DNA of 64,000 bases from Iphione sp. A-MEVVRFRX5 (taxonomy: Eukaryota): assembly GCA_976226885.1 (NCBI GenBank), contig OZ320318.1, forward strand, positions 806,001 to 870,000, read 5' to 3'. Of the stretch, positions 49,995-60,748 are shown piece after piece (within the stretch, counting starts at the first letter, position 1; each line of letters opens with the position of its first letter). The notes beneath the pieces were generated by a model, which was not told the origin of the DNA, made no database searches, and saw nothing but the letters and a program-made list of their open reading frames with translations. A program made the position numbers and the translations under genes.

Positions 49995-50439
49995 TTAATG
50001 TTGATTTTACATGCACTATGTTGCCCACACACTTTGCTGCATTGATGTGAGTGCTTGTGAATGGATATTGACATTACCTGAACTATTCATATGTGTCTAA
50101 TCATAATGCACCCAAGACACATAACAGTAAGCAAACACATGCAAGACAGGTTGTAATGCCAATGTATGCATCATTCAACACATTTCTATAGTATCCTCTC
50201 CAACCTGGGCTAATGCAGACTCGTCTGAAAATAATATTTTTAAGGATTTTTTTTATGACAGACATCGTGTGGATGTAAAAGTGGCCTAACAGTCTATATC
50301 TGCTGTGGAATGTGTATTTTTAGAAGAAGTGCTTGTTTCAAATGGTTGCTGGTCAGAGGTTGACTGAAGTCTCAGAGTAAACAGTTGAAGCCAAAGTTTA
50401 TCTTATACACATACATTCCCCAACTGTTATATAAAAGTA

Positions 50440-51370
50440 TACGTCTCATACACATACAACCCCCGACTTTTCTATACAAGTAAACCTCTCATACACATAC
50501 AGCCTCTCACCCTTCTATAGAAGTATACGTCTCATACACATACAGCCCCTGACTTTTCTATACAAGTAAACCTCTCATACACATACAGCCTCTCACCCTT
50601 CTATAGAAGTATACCTCTCATATACAGCCTCCGACTCTTCTATATAAGTATACCTCACATATACAGCCTCTGACTCTTCTATACAAGGATACCTCACATA
50701 TACAGCCTCCGACTCTTCTATAGAAGTATACCTCTCATATACAGCCTCTGACTCTTCTATACAAGTATACCTCTCATACACATACAGCCTCTGACTCTTC
50801 TATACAAGTATACCTCTCACATACAGCCTCCGACTCTTCTATACAAGTATACCTCTCATACACAGACAGCCTCTGACTCTTCTATACAAGTATACCTCTC
50901 AAATACAGACAGCCTCCAACTCTTCTATACAAGTATACCTCTCACAAACAGACAGCCTCTGACTCTTCTATACAAGTATACCTCTCACATACAGCCTCAG
51001 ACTCCTATGTACAAGTATACGTCTCATATACAGACAGCCTCCAACTCTTCTATACAAGTATACCTCTCATACACAGACAGCCTCTGACTCTTCTATACAA
51101 GTATACCTCTCACATACAGCCTCTGACTCTTCTATACAAGTATACCTCTCACATACAGCCTCCGACTCTTCTATACAAGTATACCTCTCATACACAGACA
51201 GCCTCTGACTCTTCTATACAAGTATACCTCTCACATACAGCCTCCGACTCTTCTATACAAGTATACCTCTCACATACAGCCTCCGACTCTTCTATACAAG
51301 TATACCTCTCATACACAGACAGCCTCCGACTCTTCTATACAAGTATACCTCTCATACATATACAGCCTCA
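50440..51370. repeat. 39/45-bp minisatellite, >20 copies
   Basis: ATACAGCCTC(T/C)GACTCTTCTATACAAGTATACCTCTCAC, with 6-bp insertion variants. Confidence 0.95.
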
Positions 51371-51669
51371 CACTGATGCCTGATAATAAAATACAGTTGG
51401 TCAAGTTGTTCAGTGAAACCTACCCAAGGGCTGCTTTTAATGTATGTATAAAACCAAGAGGCCAGGCATTCTAGTGGAAATTTATATAAAAAAGTGTTTT
51501 TACTTCATATGTTTCCAGTGAATTCCTTTAAAACATTGTTTGATAAACGTGGCTCCAGGCAAAAATATTATTTTTGCATACATCATGGCAATGCATTTTC
51601 ATTATCAGAGACATAATCATTGACCATTAATGAGTCTCGCATGATGTGTTCATTATATAGAGACTTCAT

Positions 51670-52330
51670 TCTCAGGGGGTTCATTCAGATAGGTATGATT
51701 GTATTATTTTTGATAATCTGAATTTTCTCTCGTCAATAGAAACAGAGGTGTCCTGTTTTCAAGGTTTGAATGGACCGTCAGATGTCCTGGAGTTTTGAAG
51801 CATAGTGGCATTCTTAGAGGATTCATACTGATAGGTATGACTGTATTATCTCTGGTAATCTGTATTTTCTATCTGTAATAGAAACAGAAGTGTCTTATTT
51901 TTAAGGTTTGAATGGACTGTCAGATAACCTGAAGTTTTGAGGCAAAGCGGCATTCTTAGAGGAATTATGCAGATAGGTACGGTTGTATTATCTCTGGCAA
52001 TCTGTATTTCCTATGTGTAACAGAAACAGAAGTGTCATATTTTTAAGGTTTGAATGGACCATCAGATGTCATGGAATTTTGAGCAGACTGGCATTCTAAG
52101 AGAAGTCATTCAGATAGATATGATTGCATTATCTCAGATAATCTGTATTTTCTATTTCTAATAGAAATGGAGGTCTATTTTATATGGCGGCTTATATAAG
52201 GGCTTCATTTTCAGAGGGTTCATTCAGATAGCTATAATCATACCATCTCTGATGACCTGTATCGTCTATCTGTAATAGAAATAGAAGGTCCATGTTGTAT
52301 GGAGGCTTTTATAGAGGATTCTCATTGGAT
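51670..52330. repeat. ~142-bp diverged tandem repeat, ~4.5 copies
   Basis: AATCTG anchors at 51715, 51857, 51999 and 52140. Shared block AATAGAAACAGAAGTGTC...TTTAAGGTTTGAATGGAC..TCAGAT. Confidence 0.88.
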
Positions 52331-53289
52331 GAGAGGTATAATTGTGTGTGATAATCTGTAGTGTTTATCTCTAATTTTATTGTTCCATGGTTTGGATCGA
52401 CCATCAGATGGCTTGGAGGTTTAAGGTGGGGCAGCATTCTGAGAGCTCGATGCCCACTTGGGCAAGGAACCACAAAGGTCTGAGGAGGACATAAATACAA
52501 GCAGACATGATTGTCCAATCGACCAATCGCCAAATAACATCATTACGACGCAAAATTAAGTAAAACAGGAGCTGTCTTTCTAATGCAAAAATACCTGGTT
52601 CTAGTTGTCTGATTTTAATAAAATTTATATCAAATTAAAGCCAGGGATCTAAGGAGGAAGTTCCTGTTTGTCTTTCTATCTTATTTACAATAGGAGTTAC
52701 TGCCTTGTAAAGTTTTTCCTCGATCTCGCTATGTAAATGATGTAATTTTAACAGTGAATGTAAACAACGTCATTTTAAGGCAAAATGACCTAAAACGGCG
52801 ATGGGTCAATCGCTGCATTACGTGATAATGTCAGAGTGATGTTACGATGGTGTTTAGACTTTGCTTGGGGAGAGTGAGGAAAAGGTAATAGCATTGTGTC
52901 AGGTTCAGATTATTCCTACTGGTAAGCACTCGGACAGTTACCTGCACAACTAGTGAAGAGAGGAAACCAAAATGGCACAGAGTCATGTTAAGGTTATTCC
53001 TTCTGGTAAGCATTCGGACAGTTATCTTTGCATTCTTGTTGATCAGTATCCCCCAAGGACAATAGGAAACCAAGCCACTCCTCCTGCTACTTGAGTGTTA
53101 ATTTACCGCAGCGCAAACGATGTTAATAATACATTAAGCAACTGGCAGGCACAACCTTAGCTCAAACACGCAACGACCACCCACATTGGTTCAGATCTAG
53201 TTTCAATCACTTACAATTATACCATCACTACCACCCCACTCTGCATGCTAAATCACTAGCACCTTTCCCCATTTGCCATTATCCCCTCC

Positions 53290-54310
53290 ACCCACTTCCC
53301 CCTCCACCATTCCCAATCACTGCCACAATTCACCATCATTCACCATTTAGTTTTGTCCAGTATTCCACCCTCTCCACCCTCTCTGCCCCGCCAAAGATTT
53401 CCAATCACCACCACCTTCCACCAACCTTCCCCATTTAACACCAATCTCTCTCGACCCAAACACCTACCACTCACAACCACCATTCACCATTCATGATTGA
53501 ACATGGTCCACCATCCTCCACACATGAACTCTCGCCCCCCTCTACAACCTGGATCAACACCTACTACCATTCACCATTTAACACCAGCCATTCTCCCCTG
53601 CACATTCCCAAACACCACCACCATCGACCACCATGATTGAACATGGTCCACCATCCTCCCCCCCACTGACCCCCCCTCCTCTACAACTGACATCAAGCAC
53701 CATTCCCCTTCCACATCTTCGATCACCACCACCTTTGAGCACCATTCAACACTATCCACTCCCTTTCCCGCCTCTCTATCCGCAATCACCAGCATGAACG
53801 ATCCTCATCAACCAATTAACACCCCCATGTCCCTCCCACCAATCACTCCCCCTTCCACATCCCTATACCATTACAACATTCAATCACCATTCACCATTTA
53901 ACACCCTCCACAGTCTCCCTCCGCCCCATCTCTCTGCCCCCCCCCTTCTCTATCCATTCCTCTACCTTACTATTCTCAATGCTGGGTGTTATCAGATCCC
54001 TCCACTCCCTCCCACCAATCACTACCCCTTCCACATCCCCAATCATTACCATTGTCAATCACCATTTAACACCGTCCACCATCCCACTCCCCTCCGCTCC
54101 CCTCTCTCTGTCCCCCTTCCCTATCCATTCCTCTACCTCACTATTCACAGTGCCGGGTGTTATCAGATCCCTCCACTCCCTCCTACCAATCCCTCCCCCT
54201 TCCACATCCCCAATCATTTCCACCTTCAATCACCATTCACCATTTAACACCCTCCATCATCCCCCTCCGCCCCCCTTCCCTCTCTGCTCCTCTACCTCAC
54301 TATTCTCAGT
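53290..54310. repeat. Degenerate C-rich repeat tract
   Basis: Recurrent CACCATTCACCATTTAACACC, CATGATTGAACATGGTCCACCATCCTCC and GGTGTTATCAGATCCCTCCACTCCCTCC blocks. Confidence 0.8.
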
Positions 54311-55039
54311 ACCAGGCACATCAGATCAATCTCACTATGTTAAAGAGTTGCCCCCCCACACTGCCTCCTACTGAGTAGCACATGTAATTAATCCACTGAA
54401 GATTTAATGCCCTCCCATTAAAGACTTCAATTGCCTGCCCGTTTCACCACTGTAGCCTCGCATCAGGCGGAGGCGCCGAGCCGCCCCGCTCAATGGCCGA
54501 CTTACTGATGGCCGCTGTTAAGGTGCAGAGAGATAAACACAAACCCATCACCAGCCATCAGAACACATCAAACATTGATACCTCCAAATGTAATTAAATT
54601 GACTTCCCTGTTTGCAATGTTTAAAGTGCGAGGATTGTTGGTGGAAAGTAGGACCAAGCCAAAATATCGGTAACCTAATTCTTCATGTCATTTATCAAAA
54701 TAACACTTGCCTTAACACTTACTACCGATAATGATGAATTTCTGTCAAATGTAGATTCAGTGGGCAGTAAGTTGATAGTAGATTTGATTTCGCATTTCAT
54801 ATTTACCCTAGACAAATATGACTGGGAATATGAGTAATTATATTGTCAAGCATCAGTTTTAAACACCGCTTTTTAAAACTGGCGGCCAGAACTGATTTCC
54901 GGAGCACTTCCCTTCCCATGATCCTCACACACCTGGGGCTCACTCAGGTTTTATCATTGTTTTCATATCTGCTCCCATTTACAAGAAAGGGAGGCAAAAC
55001 ATTGTTTTGTGTTTGTTAAAGCAGTATTTTGTTACATAC

Positions 55040-55086
55040 ATGACAAGTCCGGTGCAGTACCCCAGTATGACTGTGCTCTTCCCTTC
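55040..55086 (-). CDS. Candidate 47-bp internal exon of an unidentified host gene
   Basis: Minus strand: TTTAATTACTGCCGTTACAG|GAAGGG...CTTGTCAT|GTATGT. Reads EGKSTVILGYCTGLV in phase 0. No homology recognised. Confidence 0.2.
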
Positions 55087-56990
55087 CTGTAACGGCAGTA
55101 ATTAAATAATTAAAGAAGTACACGTAGTGTGTCATGTAAAAGACAAACAGACATGTATGGCCGTAGTTTCCAAGAAAACCTAACGCAGGTTCCTCAAAGT
55201 CCAAAGGGATCTGCCCACGTTGCTCTTTTTTAGCTGTTCATCCAATCTGATAGATATGAAAAACAAATCATTTACAAAAGGGAAAGATGAGAGTCACAGG
55301 GTCAGTGAGCGAATGGGTGATAGAATGTTCCCTGAGGGTGCGAAAGGCACTTGTTGTAATATCTATGATAAAAGGTTTGATTTTTTTCAGGTTGTATTTT
55401 TTAACCGGTGGATGTCTGTAACTACCAATATACGGGGAGAGGGGGCCCCGGTCCAAGTGCCTCGTAAAAGGGTGGTCATTAAATAATACAACAACTAAAC
55501 TCACTCAGATGAGAGAGGACAGAAAGAAAAACACTTGCCCTTATGTAACTGTCAATCGATAGTAAATTAAGTAATGAAGTGTCAATAGAATCTTCTCTAT
55601 GGGAATTGAGAAAATCTACGTTATTTTCTCAAATAACGTCCGGATGTTTTAAGTTGCTAAAGATTTAAATGAAATCGTTCATGTTTTTTCTATGTTTAGG
55701 TGGAGGTGGATGTTGTCGATACCGCCATGTTGAGAAACAGCAGATGTAAAGGTGAAATACGTAGATAAGGAAACACTACATAAAGAAAAGGCAGGTTTTT
55801 CATTTACACATAAACAATAATGCAAATGTATGTAATAATGTTGGATACAAAGCCACATTTTCCTGGTAATATTACTTATTGCTTTTCCATGTATAGTAAT
55901 CAAATATAACAGACAAAGCGACCCCTCGGGGCCAACTAATTAGCAGATTGTTGAAGTGTCAATGACACTGTTACAACACTAATGTTTACTATTTCTTAAG
56001 ACAATGTCTGGAAAATAAGCAAGCTGATTGGTGAAAGCTCTATTATAAATATCACAAATAGTAAAAAACAGTCCGTTGTAATGGCTTCTGGCAATACATT
56101 AATTGTGCACCTTGCTTATGTATCCTTATCTGGTAAAACCCAGTGACTCACAGATCCAGATGCATGATGTTAGGACACATGGGAAACGGGTACTTTATAT
56201 GCCTTTGTCCTTCGTCATCCCGCATTTGACGCCATACCTACAAGTACATGGAAAACACACCTAACACACACAGAGGTCCTATATTTGACACCTGATGTAT
56301 GTATACCTCTCAATGTATAAAAGAAAACAGGCACCTTTTCCTCCTGGTGACCCGTCACCTCTCACTTCACCTGTGCTTCCCCCACCTTTGTTGTCAAGGT
56401 GACGAGTATCTGTAACCAAGATAACAGGTGTATATAGGTTAGACAGGTGAGCTTTGTCTGTTGTAAGCTTCACGTTGGTCCAAGTGAACAGACGAAAGGT
56501 CGTTATGTTGTATTCTCGAATTATTCTCATGAGGCATAAGACTGTTTATCTCTTTAGTTTATAAGAAGAATTCAATAAATCATTAGTGGGAATAAAAAGG
56601 TCTTTTGTTAATTTCTGTCAGAAGAATGATGAGGAATATGATGGTTTGTTTTGTTATGAGTTATATTTAACTAGTGCTCTCTACCCAGTTATGATTATTT
56701 TTCTATTTATCCCATGATGCATCAAATCAGCATCAGTGATGCTTATGTATAAAATGATGCACTATTTTACATAAAAGCATTAATACTTACAGGTCATGAC
56801 GAAATGTGTTCCAGATCATATACAGAGATAAACTAGGTATTAAAATAGTGGAAATCACCTCCTGACCCTGTTCTTAATTGAACATTTTCTTCTGGGAATA
56901 ATATTTTTCAAAGTTTGCATTCCAGTAATGTAAATCAGGATAAACTAGATGTAAATCTTCTAAATTATATCTTACTTTGAACCATGTTTT

Positions 56991-57004
56991 GTTGCCATGG
57001 CAAC
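56991..57004. promoter_or_regulatory. Perfect palindromic RFX X-box
   Basis: GTTGCCATGGCAAC. It could equally be part of an old repeat. Confidence 0.45.
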
Positions 57005-57252
57005 CAAATAAACAAAAAAAGAAATTTTCAAAGTAGCATGCAATTCAAGGGCTTTCACTTGATAATACAATATTACAAAGTATCTCCTGCATTAAACCCT
57101 ACAGCTAAACTTGATGTATGGAACAGCAGTTACCACTTTCAAAAACATTAGTTTTGTTAGTGAGTAAAGTGTTAAAGTCTGGTGTTCTGGAATCTTGATG
57201 TCCGTGTGTGTTAGTAAATCATAAGTAGTGTAGGGGGAGTGGGGTTCAGGAG

Positions 57253-57376
57253 GAGTTTTCAAGTAGGTCAGTGGTTGGTCACGTGACAAGGTCTATGTCA
57301 AAGGTCACATGACTGAGTTTTCAAGTAGGTCAGTGGTTGGTCACGTGACAAGGTCTACGTCAGAGGTCACATGACT
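57253..57376. repeat. 62-bp tandem duplication in the putative terminal repeat
   Basis: GAGTTTTCAAGTAGGTCAGTGGTTGGTCACGTGACAAGGTCTA(T/C)GTCA(A/G)AGGTCACATGACT at 57253 and 57315, with 2 substitutions. Confidence 0.95.
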
Positions 57377-57514
57377 GAATAAGGACGATTGAACAAGGAC
57401 GTAAACAAAGAAGGAGGCAGTACTTCGCATGGGAACTGGTATGTATTGAAGTAGGTTAATGATAGGTTAATGGTTACTTACATGGGAGGTAGAATAAAGG
57501 AAGTAGAGATGATT

Positions 57515-57820
57515 TTAGAACAGGATATGAGTATGTTTTCGAAAGGAGGAGGAGGAGGTATGTTGAGGGATTTTTGAGTGTAGGCGTTGAAGCGTGTTTT
57601 TAGCGATATCGTGTGAGGGAGTTATAGTGGAAGGAATGCATGTGAAGCGTAAATGGGATAGGGTCATATCTAGAGGATGAAACAATAATATTGAGAAGAC
57701 AGAAAGAGATAAGGAGAAGTTAGAAGTAAGGTCTAATGGATGAAAGTATGTAGGTGAAGTGGTAAAAGGTTCGAGACGTTTTGTGGCGAACGTGAGCATG
57801 GAGGTGCAATAACCTTTCAT
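57515..57820 (-). CDS. Hypothetical 101-aa protein or terminal exon near the element end
   Basis: ATG at 57820, 47 bp from a palindromic TATA. FHPLD occurs twice in the frame. A strong acceptor (CTTTGTCTCCTCTGTCCAG, exon start 57833) suggests it could be a downstream exon. No homology recognised. Confidence 0.35.
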   Translation of the reverse strand: MKGYCTSMLTFATKRLEPFTTSPTYFHPLDLTSNFSLSLSVFSILLFHPLDMTLSHLRFTCIPSTITPSHDIAKNTLQRLHSKIPQHTSSSSFRKHTHILF

Positions 57821-57864
57821 GGAATCAACAAAGCTGGACAGAGGAGACAAAGGTAGGTGGGAAA

Positions 57865-57882
57865 CCTATATATATATATAGG
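57865..57882. promoter_or_regulatory. Palindromic TATA element CCTATATATATATATAGG
   Basis: Perfect 18-bp palindrome between divergent ATGs at 57820 (-) and 57975 (+). Confidence 0.45.
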
Positions 57883-57974
57883 AAAGGAGAAGGTCAGTGT
57901 TAGGTGAAGAGCGCTAATATTTGCTAGAGATTGTCTTGTCGAGAGCGGTTTGGTGGCTACCCAAGAGTGAAGGT

Positions 57975-59148
57975 ATGGAGGCAATTTCAGATAACGTGTC
58001 AGTTGAAATGATAGAAGGATATGTGAAGATGGAAAGGAGGCGAAATGGAGAGATGGTGAGGAAATGGAGAGTTGCTAAGGAGTTGTTTGAACAAGCAGGG
58101 AAGCGATGGACGAAGATTTTGCGAGGCGAGGAATGTAAAGTGGTCGTTCAACATAAACAATGGTGTATGCAGCTGAAGACTTACACTGGGAGAGAGTACG
58201 TTTCTTTTGCACGATTGGGAGTTTCGGGAGATAGGCTTACGTAAGTATAAATTGAAATGACATGGAATGTTGGTAGATTAATGTATGAGATTGTGTGTAT
58301 TAGTGAGAAGTATGGGTTTTTGTGGAAGTATACGTTTGAAAAAGGTAAATTTTATGTATGAAGGAAGAAGCACCAAGAAGTAATACGCAATGTTATTATT
58401 TTTGTATTGCAGCTACGATTGTTTTAATGTCACAGAAGATGAGTTTCACGAGGTATTAGAGCGGGTGAAGCAGTCTAGAAAAGATGAGAAGAACAAGAAA
58501 GAGACAGCTGAGGAAGCAGATAGAGGAAGTGATGATGAGGAGAAGGCAGAGGAGGAGGAAGAAGAGGCCTCAAAAGCGAAGAAGAAGAAGGTGGAGAAGC
58601 AGATACAGTACCAGAGGTCCTGGTACCAACATGTTTCAGCCGTCGACGGGTCAATTAGAACGAACGGTGTCTTGTTCATTCAGAATGCTCTTTGTGTTGC
58701 TGAAGGCGAAAACCATCAGTCTGAGAATGAAATGGTCGAGTACGGGAGGCAGGAAGGACTGACCATCACGGTAGGCGAAATCTGTGAGAAAACATATCTA
58801 TATATGCTACGTGATGGCTATAAGATGCTGATAAAGAACTGGTGTGAAGGTTGTCGTGTGAGAGCAGACGGGCAGGAAAGGCACATTCCAGGTTGTGTGG
58901 AATTGCCTGAAATGGTTGATTGGAGCGCAGTGCATGCTGCTCATATCAGAATTTCACCCGCACGATTGATGGAAGGTACAAAGTGTATGGTGAAGGTGTA
59001 TTTGGATTGTGATAACATTGAGGATGCTGATGATGTGCAGGTGGATTTAGATATGTGCAGGGATGTCATCAAGAGAGGAGAAGCCAAAGGAGACGAGTTT
59101 CTGTGTGTGATTCTTGAAAGAGACTATGATGTGTTGAAGAGGAAGTGA
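57975..59148 (+). CDS. 2-exon 333-aa protein: PC4-like region, acidic/basic linker, C-terminal CxxC-x6-Q-x2-H-x2-GC putative Zn-binding motif
   Basis: Exons 57975-58240 and 58413-59148 (1002 nt). The intron is GTAAGT...TTGCAG, phase 2, and joins in frame to give KTYTGREYVSFARLGVSGDRLT-YDCFNVTEDEFHEVLERVK, a strand-strand-helix pattern resembling PC4. Start context GGTATGG. Motif CEGCRVRADGQERHIPGC. Domain calls are by eye. Confidence 0.75.
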
Positions 59149-60121
59149 GATTTCGGGCTCCATGTGACATGGTGTGTGTTTACAAATAAGAAGAAATGTA
59201 TGCCTTATTAACACTCTATTTATTTAGTACTAGTTCACATACATCAGTTATATAGGAACTCAAAAGTAGTTATATATATCCTAATAGCAACACTTGTACG
59301 AGACATACATATCTACGTTGTTTGAAAATGCTATACAAACTATATGTAGTGATTTATATATGTTCCTGAGTTAGTATATATTGTATAATGATGTAGCATG
59401 AATTATAAGGACGGAAGTCAGAGATTATAAGTAAGATTAATATTATGGTGTACATAGGCATAGGCAGCATGCAATGAGTACAATGTAATATGTTAACATG
59501 ATGTCTACATGAATAAACTGTCCTTATAAACTCAATGGATTTTTGTGTGTGTGTGTGTGTGTTTTTCAACTACCATCAAGAACGAGAGTAAATATATCTT
59601 AACTATAATGAACAAAGTATACGTAATGTTTTTCTACGTAATAATATACCGATATGAAGATATTACTGAAACTGAACCAAACTAAGCTGAATACAGCGAA
59701 CTATTTGAGAGTATATATGGATATATTGTTAAGTATTTTGGATATGTAAGATGTTATAAGTAGACGATCATAAGTATAAATTTAATATGGATTTAGTTCA
59801 ATAATATGTGTTATATCAAAAAGCATCTGGCGACAGTGAAGAAAACATCAAATATCAGATAACCATCCTATCATGAACTCAAAACAGATCTATCCTAAAA
59901 GAAAACATGGTAAGGCACAAGTCGCGCAGTTGTTGTAATAAAAGACACGTCATAATATAGGAGATATATGCAAGTAAAATGTTCGATGGAATTCTCAAGC
60001 TGCTTTGGCTGTGAACAGCCATAAGTTGCCAGCATCATGTGTATGTGTTACGTCGTAATAAAAGATACATTATGATATAGAAGATATATGCAAGTAAAAA
60101 TCCGCAATGTTCAAGTTGGTA

Positions 60122-60136
60122 TCCGCTAGATGGAGC
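60122..60136 (+). promoter_or_regulatory. CTCF-like motif inside the element
   Basis: TCCGCTAGATGGAGC lies between convergent 3' ends. Confidence 0.4.
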
Positions 60137-60222
60137 AAGAGTCGGTGTAATGTGGTTGGAACCAAACAAGAGGGTGACGAAAACCAATACATAGTTTTCA
60201 AGTCCTGTTAGGTTGGGATAGG

Positions 60223-60717
60223 TTATTCCGCGGCATCAGAGTCACTGTCATATGCAAGAGTAGCTACCGGTTCTCGTTTCCAAAACTGCGGGGGAGGAGA
60301 AGGACTGGTGCTGCTCGATGGATCAGGGTTAGGATCGGTGCTGGTCGATGGGCCGGGAATAGGATCGGTGCCGGTTGATAGGTTGGGAGTAGAATCTTGT
60401 TCACTTGGTTGAGACACAGAACATCCTTGCACGGGCGACTGCGGAGGTGAAGCATTCTCTTCAGGCAACTGTAAGAGAAGTAAGAAGGAAAAAAAAGAAT
60501 AGCTGAATGAGACATGATGTTCATAGCACAGAGATATATATCATGGTTAAATATGGTAGATGAAGTAGGTTAAATGATTTATAGGTTAGTTTAAAAAGAG
60601 TGGGGGTGCCTTAAACATGTAGCGGGGAGATTTGGATGAACAGATACATATATATGTATGCATGGCACGCGTGCATGCGTGCGCACACACGCATGCATGC
60701 GTGTGTGCGTGTGTGCA

Positions 60718-60748
<31 letters not shown>

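Noticed and set aside
54712-57176. TTAACACTT(T)ACT inverted pair as ends of a 2.5-kb piggyBac-like element
   Set aside because: Only 9 bp match before an indel, the similarity does not extend, and no transposase remnants were recognised.
57600-57920. Near-open plus-strand frame upstream of the PC4-like gene as a pseudogenised extension
   Set aside because: It has four in-frame stops, and its openness is explained by purine-rich composition and by being antisense to the 57515-57820 ORF.
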